DNA of 64,000 bases, taken from the NCBI RefSeq assembly GCF_009914755.1, contig NC_060929.1; one strand, given 5' to 3'. The position numbers were made by a program, and so were the translations under genes. Below the pieces are notes generated by a model that saw only the letters and a program-made list of their open reading frames with translations, ran no database searches and was not told the DNA's origin. Source of the stretch: the human T2T-CHM13v2.0 reference genome, Homo sapiens. How positions within the stretch are numbered: the first letter of the stretch is position 1; every line of letters begins with the position of its first letter. Below are positions 41,707-57,941 of the stretch, in pieces.

Positions 41707-42734
41707 CAATTTATTTCATCATCATTGTCATCATCATTGTCACTGCTCACTCTTCAACATTTTTTAGGTCAACTTAATTAATATGATACCTTGTGGGATA
41801 ATTTTTATTTATTTTTATAAAATATTGAAGTTTTTGCCACTTTGATAACTTCTTCATTTTCTGTCCAGAGTATAACATACCAGGGAAAAGGCTCTAAAAT
41901 AAGGCTTGAGGTATTAAAAAGATCTTCTGTTTAAGTCTTATGTTCCTAATCAATAACTAGAATTGGCCTGATTGCTTTCCTCAGTGGGTTTTCTGGTAGT
42001 CCTGACATGATATCGAGGCTGTCATATAGTCCTGAAATATCCTATCATTAACATTTGTGGTGGTATCTGATATAAAGGTAGATGAACTTCATTGCAGCTA
42101 TTCTTAGGAAATGCGTATTTAAATACATAGTTAAAAGCAAGATTTACAATTATAGAAGGAATGCAAATGAGTTGTAGAAAGCTCATAAAATAAAAATCAA
42201 GAAGAAAGAATTACCCATCATGCCTCAGCCCAGTGATAACCACTGCTAATATTTTTGGCTGTTTTCATTTGCAACCCCATCTCCATTCTAGCAGCCCTCA
42301 TCCCTCCTACCCACTATGTTTTTCACTATATTTCTTGTTTAAATTTACTTAATTATTTGTTAATTATGTTTTTCCTCTCACTAGAAAGTGAACTCCATGA
42401 GGGCCAGGGATTTTTGCTATTTTGTTCACTTTTGTATCCTTAGCACCTACTTTGTTGATTAAGTGACTGCATTAATGATCTATTTTTAATCTGTGCATGT
42501 GTATAAAAGGCACTTGATATATCTGGGATGATATTCAATATACTTTTGTATCCTCATTTTCACCATAGGTAGTTTATGTCAATTCCTTGAAATTTGTTGA
42601 TTTTCTTGAATAATTTAGCAGTTGTACAATTCTAAAACATAAATATAATTTACTTAAATATACATACCATTTTAAACATATTTAAATGTGAAAATACAGT
42701 TGAGTTCTCTTAGATTGCAATTTTGTAACTTTTG

Positions 42735-42900
42735 ATAATCCTTTGATCCTGAAAAAAATTTTTTGGCATGAGGGAAGAGATGAATATTTCTTTTGGAGTA
42801 TTTAAATCATCTCTGCAATAATCCCTTGATCCTGAAAAAAAATTTGTGGCATGAGGGAAGAGAAGAATATTTCTTTTGGAGTGTTTAAATCATCTCTACA
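42735..42900. repeat. 83-bp tandem duplication (2 copies)
   Basis: ATAATCC.TTGATCCTGAAAAAAA...AAATCATCTCT.CA starts at 42735 and 42818. Confidence 0.92.
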
Positions 42901-43047
42901 ATTAATAATATCTAAAGCAGTTTGGTTGGTTTATTTAGGTAGGATTAATTTTCAGTATGAATATTATTTAAAAAACAAATATAGTCAGTTGAATTGCTGT
43001 GGAGGTTTCTGTACGATTTACTCAAAGCTGGCTCTTTTTCTGTACGC

Positions 43048-43217
<170 letters not shown>

Positions 43218-43604
43218 TGATGGTGAAAAATAATGTTTGTACTTCCTTCAGAATAATTTCAAGAAGGATCCCTGGAGTCAGCTAATGATTAGAGTCAGGA
43301 CTGTGCCTTAGTTGATGGCCCATATAGCACTACTGAACATGCCAGAGCTTTTGCTTATCCATACTGGAGGAGGGAGTGCTTAGAAGGCAAACGTATATCA
43401 TTTTATTTTCATTCAAAATGTACTGATAGCAAAGAATTTCAATGGCTGGCAGATTCAGTTAAGGACAAAAATAATTCACAGCAGAAACTTTTTCTTGGTC
43501 TCCCTCCTCCAAGTGCTAAGCATGGCACAAGTAGATATCATGGAATTCTAGAACCCTCTCTTCATAGATCTTAAAAACTACTCTCTTTCCCTGCTTGAGT
43601 ACTT

Positions 43605-43800
43605 TCTCAAATCTGTGTCTGTGTGCAAATTTTCCTTCTAAGGACACCAGCCATACCGGATTCAGGGCCCACTCTACTCCATTTTGATACTGTACCATCT
43701 TAACCGAACATGTTATATCTGCAACAACCCCATTCTCAAATAAATTTCACAGTCTGACATACTAGGGGTTAGGACTTCAACCTATCTTTTTGGGAGACAC
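43605..43800 (-). mobile_element. MLT1 (MaLR) LTR fragment
   Basis: AAGGACACCAGCCAT..GGATT.AGGGCCCAC and GGGGTTAGGACTTCAAC.TATCTTTTTGGG. Confidence 0.65.
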
Positions 43801-43992
43801 CTTTGGTTTGACTGCTTCTTCAACTCTTACCAGCTCTATGAGCTTGAGCAGGTTACATACTCTTTTCAAGTCTTAGTGCTTCACTTGTATTTTGGGGCTA
43901 ATAAGGATTATACGAAATAATGCAGGTTAAATGCCTAGCACTTTGCTTTACATACTAAGGGTTCCCAAGTGCTTTATTATTAGGTTTCTGAA

Positions 43993-44769
43993 TGTTATAT
44001 ATAAAGTTTCAGTGCTGCAAAAGGAATAGCACTCGAATATAACATTTTCTTTTTAATTCTCAGCAAGGCAACGTACTTCTATATAGAAGGGTGCACCCTT
44101 ACAGATAGAATAATGGTGAGCGCACACTTGGACAAGGGAGGAGAAGGGGTTCTTATCCCCCACGCACGTGGCCCCTGCTCCTGTGTCATTCCCCTATTGG
44201 CTAGGGTTAGACCACACAGGCTAACCTAATTCTGATTGGCTAATTTAAAGAGAATGACGGGGTGAGGGCTTTGGCAGAGTCAGGGCAGAGCAGATAGCAG
44301 GTAATCGGACTGAGTTAGGGTGGAGCAGGTGATCTGAATGAGTCAGGGTGGAGCAATCAAAAAGGTTGCTTTATGAGGAAGTTAAGTTTAAAAGTAGAAG
44401 GCAGGCTGGGCTCGGTGGCTCACGCCTGTAATCCCAGCACTTTGGGAGGCAGAGGTGGGCGGATCACGAGGTCAGGAGATCCAGACCATCCTGGCTAACA
44501 CGGTGAAACCCCGTCTCTACTAAAAATACAAAAAAATTAGCTGGGCGTGGTGGCAGGCACCTGTAGTCCCAGCTACTCAGGAGGCTGAGGCGGGAGAATG
44601 GCATGAACCCAGGAGGCGGAGCTTGCAGTGAGGCGAGATCCTGCCATTGCACGCCAGCCTGGGCGACAGAGACTCCACCTCAAAAACAAAACAAAAAAGT
44701 AGACGGCAAAGAATTGAACATACTGACATATTAAGTCTTTGAAAAGAAATTTAGAACTCATATCTAACA
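43993..44769 (-). mobile_element. 3' LTR (LTR10F/LTR10A-like) containing an AluY
   Basis: Minus strand starts TGTTAGATATGAGTTCTAAATTTCTTTTCAAAG; homologous to 51021-51498. Confidence 0.88.
44404..44694 (+). mobile_element. AluY-type SINE in the 3' LTR
   Basis: TSD AAAAGTAGA(A/C)GGCA at 44390-44403 and 44695-44708. Confidence 0.9.
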
Positions 44770-44799
44770 ATCCCTCCCCTTGTATTTCCTTACAGCTTT

Positions 44800-47090
<2,291 letters not shown>

Positions 47091-47701
47091 TTTCTTAGCT
47101 TTAGTTTGGCAGGGCTTTCCCCTGGGGCTGTGGCCCACGACTCTGGAGGGGGCGGCGCTTTCTTGACTCGGGTGTGATGAGTCCATTCCTTTTTCACTGT
47201 AGAAACAGCAGTCTTGGTGGTGAGCAGCACAAGGTAGGGTCCTTCCCAGGCTGGCTCGAGTTTTCCTTCTTTCCACCCTTTGATAAGAACGTGATCTTCA
47301 GGCTGGTGTTGGTTTACCGGAAATTCTAGGGGTGGTACCTGTGCTAAAAGACTTTTAGTTTTGAGGGAAAGGAAAATGGAAGATAAACCAAGTATATAAT
47401 TTCTAAGAAATGGACCTTTTGTTTTAAATGTGGGGACATCAGCAGTGGACTTTATAGTCCTTGGTGCCTTTTTACTGAGAAATTTCCTTTAGCACCTATT
47501 TTTATTAGATTTTAGACCAAAGAAGGCCAAACACCATTTTATATTTAACAGTGCTTCCTGTATGATTCTTATACCAGATAAGCTAAGTTTCACCTTTATA
47601 TTAGCAAGTTGTTAAACTTAATTTTAATAAAACTTTGTAGACATATTTATCCAATTTTTAATGTCTGACCATAATGTACGATTCTTATAGACTCTTTTTA
47701 A

Positions 47702-47995
<294 letters not shown>

Positions 47996-49382
47996 AACCT
48001 TTTATAATTTTTGTTAAAGAGCAGGTTAGTGCTTTAAGAAATACCTGTTGTGCTTTTATTTTAATGTCCAGTTCACAGAAAAACTGTGTGATACCCCTTA
48101 AACTTTAGCCAATATGTTTACACACAGAATTTCCTTTATAATTAACATTTCAAAACTTGCTTAAACCTTTAAAACAAAATATTTGTTTATTTTTAAACTT
48201 TTAATGTAGGTAAAAATCCACATTCTTATGGCTCCTTATAATCCTTTTACCAAAGGCATATTTTACTTTCCTTATACACCTTGCACATAAACTGTTTCTT
48301 CAATAGCTTTACATTCAGGAGGCTTAATTACTTTTAAATTATACAACATTTCTTACATAAATTCCCTTTTAAAACTTTTTTTTCCTTCACAACTTTCACA
48401 GACAATTCTTTGACATGCCTCAACTTTCTGACTTGTTGTAAACATCCCTTTCTTTAAACAACTAGTTAATTTATTTTAGGACAAGAATTTACTATATAAC
48501 ATTCTTTTTACATAAATTCTCCCTCTCCTTTTTTTTTTTAAGATAATCATTCTTCTCCAAAGCCAACTTCCTTTATGTCTGTGGACAAGACTGTCTAAGG
48601 CCACAAGATTTGAAGTTAGGATAATACATGTTACACTGTTAACTTTTAGCTAAATTTACTTTTGTTGAAAACCTTCTAAGTTTGGGATTTCAATTATTCT
48701 TTGCTATTAATAAGACCTTGTTTAGTCAAAATTAACTCAGAATTGGTATAGATGGCTTTTTTTTATTATTATTATTATTCTGTAAGTACTTTAAGGCTTG
48801 GCTGAGTGCAAACAGCTCTCACGTTTGAACAGACCAATTATTAGGCAGTTTTCCTAACTCTGCTTCTACAAGTGTTTCCTTATCACTTCCTGAATACTCA
48901 TTGTGTCTTTTTCCCTCAATCACCCGGGAGGAACCTGTCCTGAAGGGATTTAGATCCCCTGTTAGGAAACCTGCTGGGTTAAGGGAATTTTCAGTGGTTA
49001 ATGTTAAATCATCTTTTTCTAACAGAATAGCCCCATACTTTAAGATTTTTCAGTTAGTAAGCTACATTTTCACTTTTTATATATTTTTTGACTTAGGGTA
49101 GTTCTGAACTGGTGAGGTGTGCTCACAATGAGGTTTCCTCTAAAAGTTACTTTTCTACTTCCTTCTGTTAGCAAAGCAGTTGCGGCTACAGATTGAATGT
49201 ATTCGGGCCATCCGCGGGTTACTGGGTTAAGGATTTTTGATAGGAAGGCTACTGGTTGTCAGTGGCCTCAGTGCTTTCAGGCTATGCCCTTGTTTATACT
49301 TACAACAAGGTGGTACTGGAGTGTTATAGGGTCACCGAGAAGACCTTCGATTATCAGTTATAGGTTTTAAATTTACCCTGGC

Positions 49383-49489
49383 TTTTTTTTTTTATTATTA
49401 TACTTTAAGTCCTAGGGTACATGTGCACAACGTGCAGGTTTGTTACATATTTATACATGTGCCACGTTGGTGTGCTGCACCCATTAACT
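49383..49489 (-). mobile_element. ~105-bp L1PA 3' end
   Basis: TTATTATACTTTAAGT..TAGGGTACATGTGCACAACGTGCAGGTTTGTTACATAT. Confidence 0.88.
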
Positions 49490-49519
49490 AAGGAATAGGG
49501 TACACTGTTTTTTCTTTAC

Positions 49520-50177
49520 TACTTCTATCTCTTTCTTTCCCTCTCTGACTTTCTGTCTCTTTCTTTCTGACTCCCTCTTTGTAGCTCTGCCTCTCTTTCT
49601 CTCTCTCTGCCTCTCTCCTCTCTGTCTCTCTCTTCTCTGTCTCTGTCCTGTTTCTCTCTCTCTCTTGTTTCTCTCTCCTCTGTCTCTCTCCTCTCTCCCT
49701 CTCTTCTGTCTCTCTCTCCTGTCTCTCTCTTTCTCTCTCCTCTCTCTCTCTCCCCTCTTGTCTCTCACTCCTGGCTGTCTCTCTCTCTCTCCTCTCTGTC
49801 TCTCTCTCTCCTCTCTGTGTCTCTTTGTCCTCTCTCTCTTTCTCTCTCCTCTGTCTCTTTGTCCTCTCTCTTTCTCTCTCCTGTCTCTCCTCTCTCTCTC
49901 TCCCCTCTCTCCTGTCTCTCGCTCTCCTCTGTCTCTGTCTCTGTCTCCTCTCTGTCCCTCTCTCTCTCTTCTCTGTCTCTCTCTCCTGTCTCTCTCCTCT
50001 CTGTCTCTCTCTCTCCTCTCTCTCTCCTCTCTCTCTCCTCTCTCTCTCTCTCCTCTCTGTCTCTGTCTCTCTCTCTCTCCTCTCTCTCCCTCTCCCCTCT
50101 CTGTCTCTCTCTCTCGCCTGTCTCTCTCTCTCTCTCTCTCTCTTCTCTGTCTCTATCTGTCTCACTCTCTCTCTCTG
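49520..50177. repeat. Long degenerate (TC)n/(GA)n tract
   Basis: ~650 bp almost purely pyrimidine with scattered G on the + strand. Confidence 0.95.
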
Positions 50178-51000
50178 CTGGTCTTTCCTTGCCTCTGCCA
50201 GCTGCTTATGCTGCTGTTCTCCCCTCTCCTTCCTCTTTCCCTAAGGGAGCGACCGGTGGGAGTAGAGCTACTCTTTCTTCCCCCAAGAAGAAAGGGGGGG
50301 TTTATGTGAGGTTCAACTCTTGAAATTAGCGGAAGTTTCAACCCCTCAAACCAGGGATGTCTCGCCTTGCCTGTCCTCGAAGGCTCAACTCCTCAAACCA
50401 AGGGGTGTCTTCCCTGTCCTGGAAGGCTCAACCCCTCAAACCAGGGGATGGCTTGCCTTGCTGGTCCCGGGAGGTTGACCTGTTTCCCCCACTCTGATGG
50501 TCCTTTACACACTTCCCACTCGTTCTGTCCTCTCTGGCCGCTCCCCTAAGGCAGAATCAGGCCCCTCTTAGTGTTGGCAGGCCCATGGCGGGATACGCCC
50601 TAAGCCATATGAGGCAGCTAGGGAACCGCAGAGAGGACCCACTCACTCCGTCCAGCAGTAGGATGTCACCATCCACACAAACAACACTGCAAGCAGGTCG
50701 TTTGTGATCATTCATGCACACACACACATTTAACCCTCCAGAATTTGACCACCAAGGAAGCACTTTACCGGCTGCCGCGGCTTCTCCTTCCTTGGTCTGT
50801 GCGCAGAGTCGTTGCCGCAGTATGTGAGGATCCTTTAAGCTAGGTTGCTGGCCACTTTCTTTTTTTCCCGCCTTGCTGAGAGCTTGGGTTATTCCTCGCA
50901 CTGGGTGGGTCTTGATTTCTCACCCCTGAGGCTGCCACAAGGGGACGGGGTGCACCTCCTCAGGAGAGACAACCAGAGACCACCCCCAGAGGGGAATGCA

Positions 51001-51018
51001 ATCCCAGAAGAGCCCCCA
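51001..51018 (-). other. Primer binding site (tRNA-Pro-like)
   Basis: Minus strand TGGGGGCTCTTCTGGGAT next to the 5' LTR, versus PBS-Pro TGGGGGCTCGTCCGGGAT. Confidence 0.8.
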
Positions 51019-51020
51019 AT

Positions 51021-51498
51021 TGTTATATATAAAGTTTTAGTGCCACAAAAGGAATAGCACTCGAATATAAAATTTTCTTTTTAATTCTCTGCCCAGCAAG
51101 GTACTTCTATATAGAAGGGTGCGCCCTTACAGATGGAACAATGGTAAGCGCACACTTGGACAAGGGAGGGGAAGGGGTTCTTATCTCTGATGCATGTGGC
51201 CCTTGCTGCTGTGTTGTCTCCCTGTTGGCTAGGGTTAGACCGCACAAACTAAACTAATTCTGATTGGCTAATTTAAAGAGAATGATGGGGTGAGTGCTTT
51301 GGCAGGAGTCAGGGCAGAGCAGGTAGCAGGTAATCAGACTGACTTAGAGTGGAGTAGGTGATCAGAATGAGTCAGGGTGGAGTAGGTAATCAAAAAAGGT
51401 TGCTTTACGAGGAAGTTAAATTTAAAAGTAGAAGGCAAAGAATTGAACATACTGACATATTAATTCTTTGAAAAGAAATTTATAACTGATATCTAACA
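51021..51498 (-). mobile_element. 5' LTR (LTR10F/LTR10A-like), 478 bp
   Basis: Homologous to 43993-44769 without the Alu; AP-1 site TGAGTCA 51368-51374, CCAAT and TATA-like motifs. Confidence 0.88.
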
Positions 51499-52449
51499 CT
51501 GAAGGAGGCTTATGCTTAGGGTTTTATGTTAGGAGTTTGGTTTAGAGCATAGCATCTTTTATTTAGAAGAAATCTAATTCTTAATATGGAATTCACAAGT
51601 AGGATTATGAGGAACCCTGAAAATTATATACAAAGTTTATTTTGTGTATTTGAATTATTTTTTCTCTTTGGAAAAGGCATGTATTCACCAAAGGAGTCCA
51701 TGCTATCCCCCCCAAGCTAAGACTGCTTCTGCTCATCCTCAGCGATTCATAGTTGCCTTAGGATACATTTATAGGGGACCCTCAATTTTAAAAACTTAGC
51801 ACTGAATCAGAGAGAAAACTTGAGAGGCATTTGCGAGGTTAAATGAGAGTGACCGATGCTGTACAAGAGTAGGTCTCGAAATGTGGTACTTTTCTTGGGT
51901 TATCTCGTCTTATTCTCATCACAAATGGTGAAGAAATGGTCAGCCACATTAAAGAGCAGATACTGAGATTCAGCAAGTGAGAAAACCTGTCCTGGTTCAC
52001 ACAGCCAGGAAGAGGCAGAGGCAGAATCCTCACCCCACTTCTGTTTGCCTCCAAAGCTCAAGGAGAGTGAGCTTTACCCTTCATATTTACTCATCCTCTT
52101 ACTAATTTGACTCTTAAGATAATCCTGAGATTTAAACCAGAAAACTATTATGATCCCCTTATTTGAATGAGAATATATGTCTAAAAATGATTTTTAAAAA
52201 CACTATTAAAGGTCACAAAGCCAGTGAATGATAAAGGGATTGGTACCTCTGGCTCCTATAGTTAGTTCATCCTTCAAAGAACAAAAATAGCCCCCATTTA
52301 TTGAGTGCCTACTAAACTCTAGATATGTTTTTAATATATGCTATCTCATTTAATACCTACCACATTCCTGTAAGGTAGGTATCATTCATTATACCTATTT
52401 TACAGATCAGGAAAAAACAAAACAAAACAAAAAAAAACAAGACTTCTAG

Positions 52450-54810
52450 GGAAAGATGCTGAATAGAACACATTCTTCTACATCCATTCCTTTCTGAAGA
52501 TCTTCCTAATATGACAGGTAGGGATTTGTCTTAAGATTTAAACCCACAAGGATGAAGAGACAGGCAGAAGAGCTTCACTATCAACGTTGCAGAAACTGGA
52601 AAGGAGACAGAGAACTAGAAGCAACATAACTGAGTCCTAAGCTTCTAGAAGGGGAAGGTGAGAAATAACCAGACCCATGCCGTAGAACCCTCCAAAGACT
52701 CGGGAATTGGCACTGTCATGTGCCTCTAGAGCTAGAGGTGAAGGGGAAGAGCTAAAGTAAATGACATTGTTTGGATATCTATTTAAAAACTAGTCATGTC
52801 CCTTCTACCAACTTGGAAAAAGACAAAAAAAAATTCTCCACTCCATACTATGGTTTATCCTCTGAAGAAGAAGTTTTCTTAGTGGGGAAGTTGAGTGCAG
52901 AAGATGCCTTGCTGAAAATGGAGGGATCGGGTAGATAAATGCATACTGGATACTGGGGCACCCAGCCTCCTCTTCCCACTTGGCTCTGATAATACTGGCA
53001 GCCAAGGACTCACCCTCCAGTAAAGAGAACGACAGAATATTTTCTGGAGATTTTGACCAATCCAAGAAGGAAGATTTAAAATTATCAACATTGGAGATTT
53101 TCTAATTCAACATCCAGGCCGCAGCTAGAAGCAACACTATAGAAGTTTATTGCTGGCAAGAGCCACATACTCAGAATGTCCAAACAGGGGTTTAGGTCTC
53201 CACACTTAAATATGAGCAGACAACCAAGGATTCTCAGGCTTTTGGGGAAGCCCTCTAATATGACTGATAGAGACTAAAACAAATGAACAGGGAAAAAGTT
53301 AGCAAAAAGTATAAGAAAGGTAAGAGAAAGCTATGAAAACCAAAAAACAAATAACCAGACAAAAAACAAACAAACAAAATAGATACCAAGAAAATAGCTT
53401 TCGGAGAGCAAAAATTTGCTTTGGGAAAAAAATTACAGCATGAATGGAAAAATCCAAAGAAGATTTAGAAGATATATTTAAAGAAAATTTCCAGAATAAT
53501 GAGCAAACAAAGATATAAAATAAGGGTAAATATAAGAACATTTAATGGCCAGGTGAGAAGTTCTAGTTTCTAAATAATAGGTATAGAAAGAGAGAAAGAG
53601 AAAATGGAAGGGGGCAATAATTATTACATATTTTAAGAAAAAGAGTCCAGAATTGAAGAACATAAGTTTTCAGATTAAAGGAGCCTATTAAATGCCCAGC
53701 ACAATGAATAAATCATAACATATCAAAACATTCAACACAAGTATATGAGACTAGAAGTTTCTAGAGAAGAAAACTGTTACATCAAAAGAATCAGGCATCA
53801 AAGTAGCTCTAGACTTCTCAACAGCAATGTGTGGAAAGGTAGAAGATAAGAGCAAAGCCTTCAAATTCTGAAGGAAACAATTTCCAACCTAGAATTCAAT
53901 AGTCAGCCAAACTATTAGTCAAGTGTGAATACAATAAAAATATTTTTCATGGATATATAATATTTCAAAAAATATATCTCCCATGCAATCCTTCTTACAA
54001 AGCTGTTTTAAAATGTGCTTCAGTAAAACAAGAAAGAAGGGGGCACTGCATGCAAGAGCCAGGAATCTATCCTTAAAGAGGCATGAAGGAAAACCCCAGG
54101 GTGATGGTGAAGGGAATCCCAGGAAGACAGCTGTGCAGGAATAGAGATAAATAGTCCAGACTGGATTATGTCTGAGGAGAGACATTTTCAGGAAGATGAC
54201 AATGTGCCTGATGCACCTGAGCATTATGAAAGGGAACTAGACAACTGGAGAAGGGTTTGGGATTGGATTGGGAAGGAGATGTAGAAAAGTCAACATGTGT
54301 AAACAAGACTGTTACTAATTCCAGGGAAAGCCAAAAATTGTGCAAGAAAAGAAAACTAATCATAGTTTACTACAACTCAATTGAGCCTACCATTTCTGTA
54401 TTCATAATAATGGAAATACCGAATATTGATCTAATTAAAATTATTATGCCAGATGTATTAGAAAGATGGAGGCATGTTGGGATAAAACCAAAGGAGCAAG
54501 AACATGAGCTAAATCCCCATCTACCACCTTGAATATTCAATAACTAATGCCTAAAATGAAAAAGAAAGGACAATAAAATTATACTCTTTAGGGACATGGT
54601 GGAGATCACCCAATGCATATCTAAAGAGAGGTAAAAGTGGTTGCTCCTTGGCTGGGAGAGATTAGAAGGGGGGTAAGTAGATCATAGGACTGCCATTTTC
54701 TCCTTTTTAAAAAATAACAAATCTTTTAGAACTATTTGATTATTTAAGCTATATAAAGATATAGATAGTTATGGACACAAAACTTGAAAAAATGAAAACA
54801 TTAAAAAGAC
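52450..54810 (+). mobile_element. Ancient HAL1/L1M-type element (ORF1-like region plus 3' end)
   Basis: AGACTTCTCAACAGCAA..GCCTTCAAATTCTGAAGGAAA..TTCCAACCTAGAATT..CAGCCAAACTA is L1 ORF1-like; no ORF2 seen; boundaries approximate. Confidence 0.55.
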
Positions 54811-56565
54811 TGAAATAGAGCAAAATATGAATCGTGGTTATCTTTAGATGGTTTTGTTTTTCTTCTTTATACTTTGCTGTATTTTTTATACTGATAGCAT
54901 ATTCGTTTTATATATATGTGTGGATATATATATCTTACAATTATATATACAATTTTATATATTTTTATATATATTTATATATATACTCTTCATTGTAAAC
55001 AAGAAATTGAAGCTCAGAAAAGTCAGATAAATTTCCTAATTTCAAATATCTTGTAAATGGTACAGCTAGGATTCCACTGCAAGTCTGTCTGATGTGAACC
55101 ATTTTTATCTTTCATCAAAGCATTCAATCTTCGTTAAAATCCGAGAGGCAAAATTGTCATGCCTCACCATTCTCTCCCATCTCTGAAGGTCCATAGTGCC
55201 TCTTTTGTACACCATACAAAATAACACTTGATTGGTTTCATTATTTGTTTACTTATTTGTCTATCTATACATTTATTCATATTCATCTAATTTTAGAAAG
55301 ATGAGAGAATGGATTCCAAAGGTACATAGATTATAGCAAAATAAAATAAAGTTACAAAAATGAAACAAGGGACATTTGATTATTCAGGTTTTGTTTTGTC
55401 AGACTGCTAAATGAGGCACACTCAGTTTTCCTTCTCTGCTTGGGGAGGGTAAGTGTCCTGGGACTGAGTCCCAAGCTTCTTATGTTTTTCCATCAGTGCC
55501 TAGGAAAGTCCTGGGTACACAGATACTCAATGAATGTTTGTTGGTTTGACTTGCCAGCAAAGCCGTGGCTCCTAGGGAAGTGACTTCAGCTTCTTTATCT
55601 TCTTGGTGTGACTATCTTAAAAGGGAGTAAGTGAGCCTTTCTTTGTAACTGACTGTATTTGAGAATGCAGCATGACAGACAAAACATTCATCTCATTCAT
55701 GGAGAATTGTAAAATCCAGCAGAAGAGCTCTCTTTTTAACCAGTGCTTACAATTTGTCCTTTTTCACCCTTCCTTGGCAAATCACGCAATATTCCTTCTT
55801 AAAAATGGGTAAAGTGCCAGCCGAACTTAGAAGAGGGACTGATTCTATCTCTATTCTGACCAGGTATACGGTAGACTGTAATTTAATGTCAGCACCTTTC
55901 TGTTGCCATAATGAGGTATATTTATTTCTGTTCAAAGATCATGCAGCCCTGACAAAGCAAATACCCTCTGACTCCCACTGTTAATTATCCTTCAGTTGCT
56001 ACAGGGTTTTCATCCATGTCCTCACTTAGGAGAGTTGGCGGTTGTGAAGCGGATGGAGTCCACAATCTCAGTGGCAGTTCTTAATGCTTTGAGCTCAAAG
56101 AGTGAGTAAGTCGATGAGTGAGGCTTTTAAGATGTAAATCCAATATCTGCAGAGAAATCTGAAGCTGTAATATTAGAACAACATTCAAATGAGGACTTCA
56201 TTGACTAGCTCATTAAGAAGTCCTTTGATAATAGCATGTTGGTAAGACTTTTCTTAGAAGGTACATATTATAAATGATGATGTGCTAAGAAATCAACATA
56301 AAGGAAAATAGAAAAATTTTCCCCAAATCCATCCTTTTTCTGTAGAACTTTAATGATGATACCTCATTCCTTTGTAACTTAATTTTAAAAAGTTAATTAT
56401 GCACCTACTATGATACGTCCAAAATGTTTTTAGGTGATGTGGATATAGCGAAGAACAAGACACACCCAGTGTCTTCCTTCATGGAGTCTATATTCTTGGC
56501 ACTGTTGGTCCTGTGTGAAGTCCTAACATTATTTTGCTTAATGTTTTGGCAAGAGAGGCAACATT

Positions 56566-56867
<302 letters not shown>

Positions 56868-57784
56868 CCAACAGGCAACATTCTGGGCTGAAACAAAGGT
56901 AATTCATCTGGTAACAATAGCAATAACATAAATAGCAGTAATAATTATATATTATTGAGTTCCTATTCTCTGCCAAAAATGGTTGATAAGCACCTTTGAT
57001 ATGGCTTATTTTACCTAGTCCTCATTATAACCTTAGAAGGTATATTGTATCTGGTCAAAATTGAAAGAAGAAATTGAAACTCACAGAGGGTAAATAATTA
57101 AAGTTCATAGCTAGTAAGTAGTACAGACAAACCCAAAAGCAGAGTTTCATGCTCATAGTCACCATAATGTATTCAGAAACTTTTAGGACTCATCACAATA
57201 TTAAAATCATGGAACTTGGAGCCACAAAAAGTCAGATTTAAGTCCAAACCCTGACCCTGGGTAATTTAACTTTTCTGGGTTTATGTAACATATCTATAAA
57301 GTAGCAATAATAATATTACCACCTCATGCTGTTTTGGTAAAAAGTAAATAAGATAATGTATATTAAGGTATTTGGATAGTGCCTATAGATGTATATATGC
57401 TACTTAATAGACAGTAATGTAATTATTAACTATGACCTAAGATGTGGCACAGTGCAGGTAGCAGAAGTTCTATCATTAATCATTTACAGATACTTATTAA
57501 ATTGCTTCAAACCCATAAGGATAGAGGCAAGATGGAGGGGGAAGTCTAAGAAATTGATTGAGTCAACATTTATATAAATACTTATCTACTGAGAGCTTCT
57601 TCACCTCAGGGTTTGGGTCACTTTAAATGCATCCTCCCTGACCTCCTCTGCCTGGCTACCTTTGGAACTCCAACCCATTCTGCAAGACCCAGTTAAAATG
57701 CTGCCCATTCCTGAAGCTTTCTTATTTTCTAAAGTAGGAAGAGATTTCTCCCACCTTAGCACTCCTATAAACATCTGCAGACTA

Positions 57785-57941
57785 GTTCTAGGCAGCCTTT
57801 AACAAAATCCTCATGGGATCTTTGAAAATACAGATTCCCAGGTCCAGCCTCCAGAGAATCTGATTCAGATAAGGCCAATGAATCTGAATTTAAAAACATG
57901 TATTTGTGTGATTTTGATGGGTGGACACACTTGAGAATCAC
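57785..57941. mobile_element. MER5A-like fossil
   Basis: AAAATACAGATTCCCAGG.CC..CC.CCAGAGA.TCTGATTCAG...TTGAGAATCAC. Confidence 0.6.

Noticed and set aside
49484-50323. Long Arg/Glu-rich and Leu/Ser-rich ORFs (up to 225 aa)
   Set aside because: By-products of the stop-free (GA)n/(TC)n tract
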